A DNA stretch of 63,463 nt, the filler included, from Octopus bimaculoides (lineage: Eukaryota): the NCBI RefSeq assembly GCF_001194135.2. It is 5 parts of 5 records of this genome, joined end to end, with 100 filler letters (N's around TTAATTAATTAA, not from the genome) between each part and the next. Parts side by side here need not be neighbours in the genome. Positions count along the whole stretch, not along the records: positions 30,265 to 59,700 come from NC_068995.1; 4 more parts are not named here. The stretch is one strand, 5' to 3'. A program made the translations under genes and the position numbers. The notes under the pieces were generated by a model. That model searched no databases, was not told where the DNA came from, and was given only the letters and a program-made list of their open reading frames with translations. This document shows positions 39,219-50,609 of this stretch, in pieces. Numbering within the stretch: position 1 is the first letter of the stretch; every line of letters begins with the position of its first letter.

Positions 39219-40577
39219 GTCTCACTCTCTCTACGCTGACACTTTTAATCCCATCACTGATTTTGCCTTTATTTGCAATTTATCACAACTTGCATTTTAC
39301 TACCCATGAATTTTCACTACTAGATCGCTGTTGGCAGATCAGATTCAATCGAAACAAAGCTGATACTAACAGTATTTCTAAAACATGGTCATAAGTTAAT
39401 CGTACGTTTCATTATCTTAAATGTAAAACCACGTTGTTTGCTAATTAAAAATCCATCCCAACATGCATGTATTAATGTATATTCTCTATTTTCAACTGTT
39501 TTCAATCTTCATGTGAGGTGGGGAGGTGCTTTCTAGTGTATATATAAAGCTTCTTCGCTTGAATATAGATAACAAAAACAAACTCACATTTTGAACTTGA
39601 GAAAGTCTTGAATATTTTAACTCTTCCGTTTGCTGATTATATTTGTATTGTGTGAGCCGGATGGTATGTATGTATGTATGTATGTATGTATGTATGTATG
39701 TATGTATGTATCTATGTATGTAGCTACTTCTGTCTTTCTATCCGTTCATCCTTGCATATATACATATGTTTAAATATTTCTGTGTGTATTGATGATACGT
39801 ACATGAAAATGTCTATAAATGATAAACTGCTATCTTTCATAGTATGTTTGGAAATAAGTAAAATTGGTCTGGTTTCAGATTATTGTGATTGATTAGTAAG
39901 TGGATCAACTAAATATGGATTAATTGATTATCGATTGTTCGCTTTTACAATAAGAGGAGAGAATAATTTGCAAATCATGATGAATTGTATAATGTCTTGT
40001 TTGTAAGCCGTAATACAGATGCAGTTCACAAATTTATTTCTGGCATAGAGCTGTATAGAATCTTGTGTGTCATAACGATAATATTCAAAGGACATGATGA
40101 CTGACCAGGTTAATCATCTTGTCATCTGCTTATTATCATTTTGATAAATGAATCCTCAGGGAATATGAATGTTTTGTTTTATATTTCTACATCTGGCATA
40201 TAAGTCTACTGTTAGGATATCACTTCTTATTTCTGATATTATTTTCTATATAATTGATCTGGAGTAAATTTTGCGTGATGCATGATCATTATAATAATAT
40301 CTGACTTGTCATTATAGATTTGATATTTATTTTGTAATGCAAAGGAAAACACGATAACATTAGAACATTTGACGTTTTGTTCTCTCGTGTTGCTCAAACA
40401 TGCGAAATATCATCTATTTTCTTCCGATGCTCACTTCAAGGTACCTATGTAACAATAGTTATGTATCTGATAAATTCCTGTTGTTGGCTTCCATTTTTTT
40501 TCAATAATTCTCCGTCGTTACAATCTATATATTGTACTTTATGGACCGATACTATTATCAATATAAGTGTTTTCGTT

Positions 40578-40777
40578 AAGGCGGCGAGCTGGCAGAATCT
40601 TTAGGACGTCGGTGGGTATTTCGTCTGTCTTTACATTCTGAGTTCAAATTACGCCGAGGTCGACTTTGCCTTTCATCCTTTCGGGTTCGATAAACTAAGT
40701 ACCAGTTGCGTACTGGGTCGATCTAATCGACTGGCCCCTCCCCCAAAATTTCGGGCCTTGTACCAGGAGTAGAAAAG
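40578..40777 (+). mobile_element. Well-preserved SINE with 18-bp TSD aatataagtgttttcgtt
   Basis: TSD at 40560-40577 and 40778-40795; head ggcggcgagctggcagaatc; B box gagttcaaatt. Confidence 0.9.
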
Positions 40778-40795
40778 AATATAAGTGTTTTCGTT

Positions 40796-40992
40796 GAGGC
40801 GGCTAGGTGGTAGAATCGTTAGAACGTCTGGCAAAATGCTTAACAATCTTTCGTCCGTCCTTACGTTCTAACTTCAAATTCTACCCTGTTCGACTTTGCA
40901 TTTCATCCTTTCGTGGTCGATAAAATAAGTACTAGTAGAGCACCCGCTACCCAGAAATTACTAGCCGTGTGCCAAAATACGAAACCAACATT
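40796..40992 (+). mobile_element. Older SINE of the same family immediately downstream
   Basis: ggcggctaggtggtagaatcgttag...cttcaaattc...ctttcgtggtcgataaaataagtac. Confidence 0.8.
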
Positions 40993-41709
40993 AGTGTTTT
41001 CTTTATTCTTTATCAGATTATCATATTATATTAATGGGCACAATTTATAATGACTTTCTAGTTGCATAAAATCTTTTTACATTATCGGTAAAAATGATCA
41101 TTGTATACGAAGTTGTGGGCGGTGTGTTCTAAATGTAGTAATTTATTTGTTTTCCTCTCTCGTCTTGTTTGTTTATTTAGCATTCAATTGAGAATATTAT
41201 AATTATAATTTATTAGAAGTACAGATACATTATCGATTGATGCCGATTTACTTTATGTTTTGCGTTTATCTCTGTTTTAAAAATTACTCTAACAATTATA
41301 TAAAAATGTTTTCTGATAAGTTTTCTTCAATTCGTGTTTGTCGTGGTCTGTCTATTTCATTAATTTTAAATATTTCTCATCTCAGTTTTTTTCTACTTCT
41401 ATATTTAGCCTCACAATTACTGTATTTACTTTTGCACTCTTTATTTTTGCTTTTCTTAACATAGAATTTTTTTTTCTTATTTGAGTCCTGTAACAATTTC
41501 TCTGTTGAATCCTTGAACTTCTGCAGGAGTATTTCTAGTTCTTTATCATATGCTGCAAATAACTCATTATGTATATACAGATACTCAATTACCCAGTCAT
41601 AGTATTTGTACCCGAGTTCAGTTCCAGCTTAACATGTCAATTGAAGGTGCTAATACCAGTCGGAGACGTCGTAGGTAAATAGAGATTCCCATAGTACTTC
41701 AATTTCGAG

Positions 41710-41990
41710 AAGGCGCGCGGCTTAGTGGTTTGGGTATTCGGCTCATGGCCGTAAGGGCATGAGTTCGATTACCGGCGGCGTGTTGTGTCTTTGAGAAAGA
41801 CACTTTATTTCACGCTGCTCCAGTCCTCTCAGCTGGCAAACATGAAGTGTATCTGTATTTCAAAGGACCATCCTCGTCACATTCTGTGTCACGCTGAATC
41901 TCCCTGAGAAATACGTTGAGGGTACACGTGTCTGCGGAGTGCTCAACCACCTGCACGTCAATTTCATGAGCAAGCTGCTCTGTCGATCGG
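41710..41990 (+). mobile_element. tRNA-derived SINE with CORE-like segment and 28401-type tail
   Basis: ggcttagtgg A box, gagttcgatt B box, gtgttgtgtctttgagaaagacactttatttcacg, and body shared with 28620-28740. Confidence 0.8.
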
Positions 41991-42949
41991 AGTGAAAGTA
42001 GCAGTAGACTTCGTATCTAATAGAAATGGCTTTTATTTTTATAGTTCCTACTTTTTTCTGTATCTACAAAATTGTTTGCCATTTACTGTGTTGGTCACAC
42101 CTATAATCCATATAAGCTTCTGTAGTTTTTCTTTTTCTTATCTGGAAATTGGACTTTTTTCTTTAGCTTTGTATATATTATTGGTGCTAAGGCTTTGTAG
42201 ATTGTAGAAAGACAGATTATGTTTCCATAGGATCTATGGTTCCTTGCTGCTTTTGTCTTGAGGATTAAAAAGATTTTTCCCTGGGTAGGTGAGTCAAGTG
42301 TTTTCCTCGACTCCGTCAGTACCTAAAAAAACATTTCTTCTAGCATCAGTTTGCCCATTTCTCGCGAGTTTTGATTTTTGCAATCGCTGAGATACTTTGT
42401 TATATCTCTTGCTATGTCCTGCCACAATTGTTCAGATTCTGTATTTGTTCTTTCGATCAATCCCGCAGAGATATTTTCATTGTCTCTACTTCTGCCTCAT
42501 ATTCTACTTCTCTTGCTTATAATACTTTATTGGTTTCTATTTTATTTTTACCAAATGTTTTATGAAATCATTTTGAGTTGGCAAGAAATCGTTTTGTTTT
42601 GTTAGAAAAAAATCGTTGTCATTTTCGTACCGATTGATTCTTTGAGATTTAGTGAGGATCTCATGTTTCAGGCAATCTTTGATTTCCGATGACACTTTCG
42701 TTGATGTGATGCTTTTGTAGCATTCGTCTCACTTCCCTTCTCAGTTGTGCCCATTTCTTATCGATTTCATGTACGTTAGCGAGATCTGTTCTCTTTTTCT
42801 CATTTCTTGTATAATTTTTTTTTCTTATATATTGTCTGACTTGATTTAGATATTTTTTATGAGTACAGCTGAAGAAGTCTTCAGTTTCCTCTGTAATTAC
42901 GGTAACTGTTGCAAATACAGTACTATTCCATTTATGCTGGTGATACTGA

Positions 42950-43330
42950 TGTTTGTGTCTGTTTTCATCATGCCCATGATGACTAGCGTTGCGTTATTTA
43001 TATTGTTGCTGCTATTTTTATTGGTGAGTTTAATTTTGAGTAGTACTTCTTGGGTCCACAGGATGATCTATCATTTGTAATTAGATTTTTATCATTCCAG
43101 CCTTTAACCATGCTTTCCAACTTTAGAATTTCGTATAATTAATTTTTTTTTTATTCCCTTTTATTTATATTTTCGTTTGTTCTAAATATGTTGCAGTTTG
43201 GTTCAGTCATGGTAATGCTGAAGATAATGCCTAAGTAAAGTTGTCAATATACAGATGGGATATTTTTCTGAATTTATCTGTTTATCAGGGGTTCATATTT
43301 TTTTCAGGATGCAAAAGCAGTTAACATTCA
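42950..43330 (-). pseudogene. Possible highly degenerate L1/Tx1 ORF2 fragment
   Basis: Minus-strand snippets LYLGIIF and KLESMVKGWNDKNL resemble the RT YLGI and K...W....LS motifs; fragmentary. Confidence 0.3.
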
Positions 43331-43654
43331 AATGTTGTTCAGAGTTGTATTCTTATATTCCACCATTAATCTACGCATCTCCTATATAAACTAGAACCAA
43401 ACAGTTAACATTTCACATTATCATGACCCAAATTATATCAACCACTTGTCATCCAGCATTGAATGTTCTTCCTTGTTCATGTCTAAATGTGTAGGTATAC
43501 AAATTACTACACATCTCCACACCTATGAATCTCGAACCTCACTGCCACAGACCCACATTACAAGGTTTAATCAAACAAACCATCTGACACTCATACTATT
43601 TCTACTCCTCACTCTGCATTCTTTGCAATATTTCATCACTAGTCAAACAGTGAG

Positions 43655-43850
43655 TTAGCAGAATCGTTACCTCACCGGAAAAAATGCTTAGTTGCATTTC
43701 TTCCGACTTTACGTTCGAATGCCACCGTAGTCGAATTGCCTTTCATCCTTTCAGGGGCAATAAAAAATGTACTAGTTGAACACTTGAGTCGATGTAATCG
43801 ATTTACTCCTTCCCGAAATTGCTGGCTTTGTACCAAATTTTGAAACCGAC
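43655..43850 (+). mobile_element. SINE (ggcggcgagctggcag family) with internal deletion
   Basis: gagttagcagaatcgttac...aaaatgcttag...tttgcctttcatcctttcagggg...gtcgatgtaatcgattt. Confidence 0.7.
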
Positions 43851-44506
43851 ATTTCAACCCTTTTCAATTGTTAGGCTAGAAGTCTTCCAGGGTGGTGGGT
43901 TTTGATTCTGTTGTTAGTATTGTTGCTACTGTCGCTTGAAATATTGGTAATGCTGCCTTTTTAATTGTAAAAGATGCCGTGGTAATATTTGTCTTATTTC
44001 TTCTATTGCTACTGTTGCTGGTGATGCTGTCACTGTTGTACGCTGCAGCTGTTATTAGTGCTGTGTTGTCAGCAGTAGGGTGAGTAATCTTCACTGATAC
44101 CTGTTGAGGACAGTCACTTCTTGTTTTCAGCACCACTCAAGTGTTAACTTGGCCTTCAATCCTCAACCGCAACATGCATTTCCACTCCGTTGGGTAGGTA
44201 AAGGGTTTTGTTGTACATGCCCTGGTTTGATCAGGTGGAGGATATCTAGTGTCTCCAAAGCCAAATCTCCCTCTCAGTTCGTTTACATAGAGCAGCATAT
44301 CGCTGCCCTCCGTGACAAAATAGGTTAAAATCTATCAGATTGGTGGAACTCGATCAATCTAAACACGACAGGTCCTCTTTCCTGAACTTGGGCAAAGAAT
44401 GTGCTTTGACAGAGTTTGAAAGTTAAGACGGAAAAAATACCATTAACAAGTAAGCCAGCGGGCTGCCATCATGATGATGACGATGACGATGATGATGATG
44501 ATGATG

Positions 44507-44545
<39 letters not shown>

Positions 44546-44569
44546 TAATAATAATAATAATAATAATAA

Positions 44570-44760
44570 TCCTTTCTGCTATAGGCACAAGGCCTGAAGT
44601 TAGTGGGAAGGAGGTAAACCGATCATCGACCCCAGTATTTGACTGATACTTAATTTATCGACCCCGAAAAGATGAAAGGCAAAGTGGATCTCGGCGGAAT
44701 CTGAACTCAGAACGTAAAGACGGACAAAATGCCACTAACGATTCAGCCAGCTCGCTGCTA
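44570..44760 (-). mobile_element. SINE (ggcggcgagctggcag family)
   Basis: tttatcgaccccgaaaagatgaaaggcaaagt...gaactcagaacgtaa...ctaacgattcagccagctcgc is the reverse complement of the family. Confidence 0.8.
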
Positions 44761-44983
44761 AGATGATGATGATGATGATGATGATAATAATAGTAATAAT
44801 AGTAATAATACATTAATAAATCACTGAGCGAAATATATTTGCCACCTAAATGTGGCTAACCCTTAAGGGTTGATGCTACTGTAGCCTGTAACCTCAGGAA
44901 GACATCTCCTCCAGCTGGCTATTGACACACTTTCTGTGACCTATCAGTATTTGCATCGTTCCCATCTCCAGCCTGACGTGATA

Positions 44984-45028
44984 CACACGGACCCGAGTTT
45001 CTGGGTATTGACCCGTCATCAGCGTGTG
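44984..45028 (-). ncRNA. Type I hammerhead ribozyme motif (family A)
   Basis: CACACG-CUGAUGA-C-GGGU-caau-ACCC-A-GAAAC-ucgg-GUC-CGUGUG on the minus strand. Confidence 0.8.
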
Positions 45029-45316
45029 ACAACCACCGGTTGGTGATTTGAGGTGATTCTCAATGCAAATGTATATACTTTTTCCAGTGACGAAAAGTCA
45101 CTGATCTCGAAAAAGTGGAAACAAGCACTAAGAAGTTTCTGACCGAAGTATAAATAGTAGCTTCACGACATCGTGAAGTATATTTTCCACCTAAATGTGG
45201 TTAATCCTTAAGGGTTGATGCTACTGTAGCTTGTAGCCCTAGGAAGACTTTTCGTCACTGGAAAAAGCATAAATATTTGCACTGAGAAACACTTCCTATC
45301 GCCAACCGGTGGTTGT

Positions 45317-45361
45317 CACACGCTGATGAAGGGTCAATACCCAGAAACTCGGGTCCGTGTG
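45317..45361 (+). ncRNA. Type I hammerhead ribozyme motif (family A)
   Basis: CACACG-CUGAUGA-A-GGGU-caau-ACCC-A-GAAAC-ucgg-GUC-CGUGUG; canonical core and GUC cleavage triplet (C at 45355); ACUCGGGU is self-complementary with G-U pairs. Confidence 0.85.
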
Positions 45362-45526
45362 TATCACGTCATGCTGGAGATGGGAACGATGACTTCCCTT
45401 TGCAAATACTGATAGGACACAGAAAGTGTGTCAACAGACAGCTGGAGGAGATGTCTTCCTGGGGACTACAGGCTACAGTAGCATCAACCCTTAAGGGTTA
45501 GCCACATTTAGATGGCAAATATACTT

Positions 45527-45527
<1 letters not shown>

Positions 45528-45618
<91 letters not shown>

Positions 45619-45628
45619 CATTATTATT
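45528..45628. repeat. (AAT)n followed directly by (ATT)n (inverted trinucleotide array)
   Basis: Switch point at ~45584. Confidence 0.9.
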
Positions 45629-48600
45629 CTCGTATTAGTAATAATAATAGTAATTATTATTATTATAACAATATTGCTAATAATATATACATAAATAAGC
45701 AGGACCACATTAAAACATATTTACTTACACGGATATTTGAGAAGAAATCTTAACATATCCCCGGCAATACGTTAATGATTTCTTTTCATCTCTTAAATCA
45801 CCCTGGACTGCAACTATGAGTGCGTCAGTGAATTTTAATGTGAGCTAGCTTGTTTATATATAAATTTTTATGTTTCTTCTAATGCCATGGAAAGCTGAAT
45901 TCGGAAAATTAAATTTGATAGTCTGTTTCATGTATTTCTTCAATGCTTACATTTTACCTAATATACTTTCGTTTGTGAAATAGAATTTATAGTGATGATG
46001 TTTGCTAATATTAGAATGGTGATGGTAATATTGACGACGATAATAATGATGTTGAAATATTTATGTCAATCTGCTGGTGATGAGGATTCAGTAGTAAACT
46101 TTATAACTTAACGAGGCACTTTAAAAATATATTACGCTTGTGTATTCAACCGACAGCAGTGTACTTTTGCTTCAAATTATCAGAATAATAGTTATATCAA
46201 GAATAATGGTAATATCAATTTATTTTGGTTTTAAAAATAAAAATTTCATTTGATATTATCGACTGCGTCAGAAACAATTGAAGTTTTATACATTGTATAT
46301 CTTTATCTATGGCCTAACTTGATGTTTCTAAGACATAAACATTGATCGCTCCATAAGATTTGCTATTTAATTTGTTTATATTTTCCAGGCGGTTGCAATT
46401 CCGTCTGTGGAGGATTTGGTCAAAGAACAATGCTATAAATGTCCCAACATCCAAGAAGCGGAGATTTGTTTGAAGGATGATTAAAACATTTCTATTATCT
46501 ATTTACGATCTCTGTGAAAGAAACTCAGAAAAGCAGACGGAAAATTTAATATTAAAAAAAGAAAATCATCAATATTTCTTTATCATCAGGTCGGAAGAAA
46601 ACAGCTATAAAATGGATGAGGAATTGCCATGAATGTACATTATATCCACCATTTTAATGTGAAAAAAATGCATGGCTGTTACATATTAGTACCTTTAGTC
46701 ATATTAACAATCTTAATACGTTAATAAGAATCCACCTTCTAAAGAAGTGCTGACTGTATATCCAAACTGTATTTATTTTACCTCGAAGACACAATGTCTG
46801 GAGTTACATTTTATTTCCGTATTTTCCGGATTAAGAAACATATCAAATGAGCAGTTATTCTTCATTGATGATATTAAAACAAATTCAGAGATAATGTGTT
46901 GCTGTTGCTCAGGCAATATATTTATATCGTGTGCATGATGTTGCTTTATGTAATGCAAGAAATGAACTAACAAAATGGCGAGATACCAAAATAATATCAG
47001 TTTAGTATAACAGAGAATAGATATTGCTGTTGCAAGTCTAAGTTTTAATTGCTTCACCGTACTGACAGATAGGTGACAGCGATGAGTAATCGTTTAGACG
47101 AATAGAAACAGATAGAAAGTAGTTAGATAAATAGTCAGCGGTATAGATAAACTGATTGGTAGCCAGTCAGATAGATAGCGAGATATATAGACAAATAGTT
47201 AGAACAAAAAATAGTGAGAAAGTGGAATAGGTAGTACTTTAGTGTGGGTGAAAATGTGTATGTGTTTGAGAGGGGGAGAGAGAGAGAAAGAGATCAGATG
47301 ATATGGCTTACTGGACGGAACCGTCAAATAAAATGCATTAAATTATAGTTGTCTGAAAACATACCAGCATGCCAGAATTTATAAAAGACAAAAATAAATA
47401 CCTGGAATTAATTTAAATGAAATTGACTTGTAAATAACTGTTGACTGAGATTTCGTCCTGATAAGTTGTTAGTGTTCAATTGTGAGCGATTTTAGACTTG
47501 AAATTTCATTATCATAAACGTTTGTATTTTCTTTTTTCCATATATGCAGCTCACTCCAGTTTTTCAGGATGTGTTTTAATATTTTAATGTAGTGTGCTTC
47601 GGTTACCCGGAGATTTACAGCAACTGTGTTTCATTACGATCTGTATTGATATACAACCTCCACACCTTACTTTGTGTAAGAACACTAGATAGATGATGGG
47701 ACTTTCTGATATGAAATGAAGTTGGTGTCTGGTACATCCTACGTAGCTTTCTTCGTATTAGGAATTTAGTTTCTAATATTTTTATTTGTGTGACACTTAC
47801 ACTCAACGGATTTTCTCGAAGTTAATAGGTGCTAAATATAGTGCTAAAAACATTTATTATTAATAAAGATAAAGATGAAATGACCAATATAAATATATGA
47901 ACAGTAGAACTCGACTGAGTTAATCGATCTACCTCAATTTAATTCCTCTTTCCTGAAACAGTGGTAAGACCTTCAAAGATAAATGGAGAGTATCAGGAAT
48001 GCAATAGAATGACCAAAACTATGTGTTTTACCTGACTCTGGCGTATGCGACCCACAGTAAGGTTGATGTATGTAACATTTTCCCCGTTGAAACTTAACAA
48101 CTAGTGATAGGATTTCTTCAGCACATTCTGACGGAAATCCAGTCTTGTCATGCGTTGCATGATAAGTCCTTAAAGATTAACACCGTGAGTTTATAACTCG
48201 CTGGAGATCCTCGCAGGCTGCCCTTGGAATTAATACCTTGAAGTTTTAAAGACAATATGTTTCTCGGGCAGTTTCTTTGATATAAATTAATGACTTTCCG
48301 GTACTGTTTTAACAGCGACTGAGAGAGAGAATTACAAAATAAGATTTGTCCCCTTTTTTAGGTTTGTTAAATAATATGAGGAAAAATAGCTTACATATAT
48401 AAGTAATAATGTGCCGTGTGATAAATACGGTACATTAGCAAGCAGAATTAGGGCATGGTGTCAGTTTATAAGAAGTTGTGTATCTTGGTAGGTCTCTTCA
48501 TTCAAATTTCTAAATTTATGTCTCGTAGCAATAAACTATTAGTAACGGTGTTATTTGTAAAAAAAATATGTATGGAGAATTACCACATTCCATGAAGAGC

Positions 48601-48785
48601 ACCATCCGAAATTGTTCTGGATATTGTTGCTAGATTAAAGAATAATCATATAATACAAATTACGATATAGCTTGATGCTGGCATCGAACTATGAAATAGA
48701 GGATGTGGGCAACATTCACAAATGGTGGATTTACAAATTCATTGAATTCTATAACGATGCAATTTCACGTGCATGTGTAAAATAG

Positions 48786-48866
48786 TTTGAATATCGAATA
48801 GTGAAGCAATAATTTGAGTATCGAATAGTGAAGCAATATTTTGAGTATGGAATAGTGAAGCAAGGT
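48786..48866. repeat. 27-bp tandem repeat, 3 copies (tttgagtatcgaatagtgaagcaata-like)
   Basis: Units start at 48786, 48813 and 48840. Confidence 0.85.
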
Positions 48867-49104
48867 ATTGAGTTATGTGACCATAAATTTAATAACTCCA
48901 GCTTCTATGTTATAAAGTAAGTTCAAAATATCTCCTTTAGACTTTTCGTCGGCAAATAAGAGAATGAGAAAGGGGGAAATAGAATGTGTTTGTTTCCAGC
49001 AGTAAAGGTAAACAGAATATTCTCGGTTACGGTTATTATATCTACTGATCGTTTGGCATAGTGAATAATAAACATATATAGAACCCTTACAACGGGCTTA
49101 TGTG

Positions 49105-49440
49105 AAGCTGCATAGCTCAGAGGCTAGAACGTCGGGCTTTCAATCATGAGGTAGTGAGCTCGATTTCCGGACAAGCTGTGTTGTGTTCTTGAGCAAGACA
49201 TTTTATTTCACGTTGATCCAGTTCACTCAGATGTAGGAATGAGTGGCGACATCACTGGTGCAAAGCTGTATCGGCCTTTGCCTTTCCTTTGGATAACACC
49301 AGCGGCGTGGAGAGGCTGGTGTGCAAGGGAGAGTGCTGGTCTTCCATAAACAATCTTGCTCAGACTTATACCTTGACGGAGAACTTTCTAGGTGCAATCC
49401 CATGGTCATTCATGACAGATGACCGAAGGAAGTCTGCTTT
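49105..49440 (+). mobile_element. tRNA-derived SINE with CORE-like segment
   Basis: tagctcagagg A box, gctcgatttcc B box, gtgttgtgttcttgagcaagacattttatttcacg. Confidence 0.8.
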
Positions 49441-49796
49441 TACTGCTACTACAACAGGCTTAGTGTTTCATTTAAAGTTTCCTGACAAACTCTGTGTGCA
49501 CCAGCATTGTTATTTTAGTTTTCCAATGATTCCGTTACCAAACTTTGTCGCGCATAAAAATATTTTAGTCGAGTACACTTACAAATTATTTATTCCTACT
49601 TCTATTCTAACATCTGTCTGAATTTTAACTTTTAATGATTTCCGAAAGATTTGCTTGTTACTATCAGAGAGAAAGTATTTGTGTGTTGTTACGAGGTTTC
49701 GACTCTTCTTATTAGATTCTAGTCACAATTGCAAGTTACACATTATTTACATTATTTACAATTGACGGATATTTGTCCTCATCCTGCTTGTTGTTT

Positions 49797-49840
49797 ACAC
49801 AACGTTTCGGCTGATATACCCTCCAGCCTTCATCAGGTGC
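49797..49840 (-). ncRNA. Minimal type I hammerhead ribozyme motif (family B)
   Basis: GCAC-CUGAUGA-A-GGCUGG-agggUaUa-UCAGCC-GAAAC-GUU-GUGU on the minus strand. Confidence 0.75.
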
Positions 49841-49890
49841 CTTAGGAAAATTTCAAACCTGGGTTCTCATTCCTAAGATATTTTTCGATG

Positions 49891-49925
<35 letters not shown>

Positions 49926-49968
49926 GAGGTCACTGCCCGGAATCGAACTCGGAACGCAATATGCCCAT

Positions 49969-50030
49969 GGGCGTAGTGGTTAACAGCGCGGGCTACTAAC
50001 CCTAAGATTCCGAGTTCGATTCGAAGCAGT
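49969..50030 (+). promoter_or_regulatory. tRNA-like Pol III type-2 promoter (A and B boxes), head of the family B element
   Basis: ggcgtagtggtt (A box, ~49970-49981) and gttcgattc (B box, 50014-50022), with an anticodon-arm-like segment between them. Confidence 0.7.
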
Positions 50031-50118
50031 AATCTGGATAATAATAATAATAATAAGAAGAAGAATAGCATCGAAAAATACTTTAGGAAGGAGAACCCAG
50101 GTTCTAAATTTCCCCAAG

Positions 50119-50162
50119 ACACCTGACGAAGGCTGGAGGGTATACCAGCCGAAACGTTGTGT
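50119..50162 (+). ncRNA. Minimal type I hammerhead ribozyme motif (family B)
   Basis: ACAC-CUGACGA-A-GGCUGG-agggUaUa-CCAGCC-GAAAC-GUU-GUGU: 4-bp stem I, perfect 6-bp stem II, palindromic ACGU stem III. Confidence 0.8.
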
Positions 50163-50577
50163 AAACAACAAACAATATGAGGACAAATTCCGTCAAATGT
50201 AAATAATTTACATAATTCCTCATCTCTTAAACATAGAATTGCAAGTTACACATCTACAAAATTCACTGCTTGCTAAGAGCAGTGTTATAGAAATATCTAA
50301 TTTATCGTTTTCGCTAGCAATATGAATCTGTCGAGTTGCTTTTAATTCATATTCGTGTGTGTGAGTATGTATGTGAGTATATATATACTTTGTTTACCTG
50401 TTATTTCTTATACCTAAAGGTTTCGTGCGAGAGGTGATCGCCGAAAAGTACAGCTGACTAAGACCAAGCCCAGGAATTAGTTATGTACGTACAAGTAACT
50501 CGGGTTACCAAGGTTCACCTGCAATGTTTGTAACACTTTTGAGTTTTTCTTCGGAATTATAAACTTTATCTATCTAA

Positions 50578-50609
<32 letters not shown>

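Larger units (their letters stand above)
44832..45513. mobile_element. Retrozyme-like family A locus: ~1.2 tandem units on - fused to a partial unit on + (inverted arrangement)
   Basis: ccacctaaatgtgg recurs at 44842 and 45187 (345-bp period); ~265-bp inverted arms at ~44832-45098 and 45246-45513; junction microhomology gac at 45246-45248. Confidence 0.85.
49744..50236. mobile_element. Inverted dimer of a tRNA-head + (AAT)n + HHR element (family B) with 17-bp TSD
   Basis: aattgcaagttacacat at 49727-49743 and 50237-50253; arms ~49744-49954 and ~50008-50212 are reverse complements; central palindrome gcccatgggc at 49963-49972. Confidence 0.85.
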
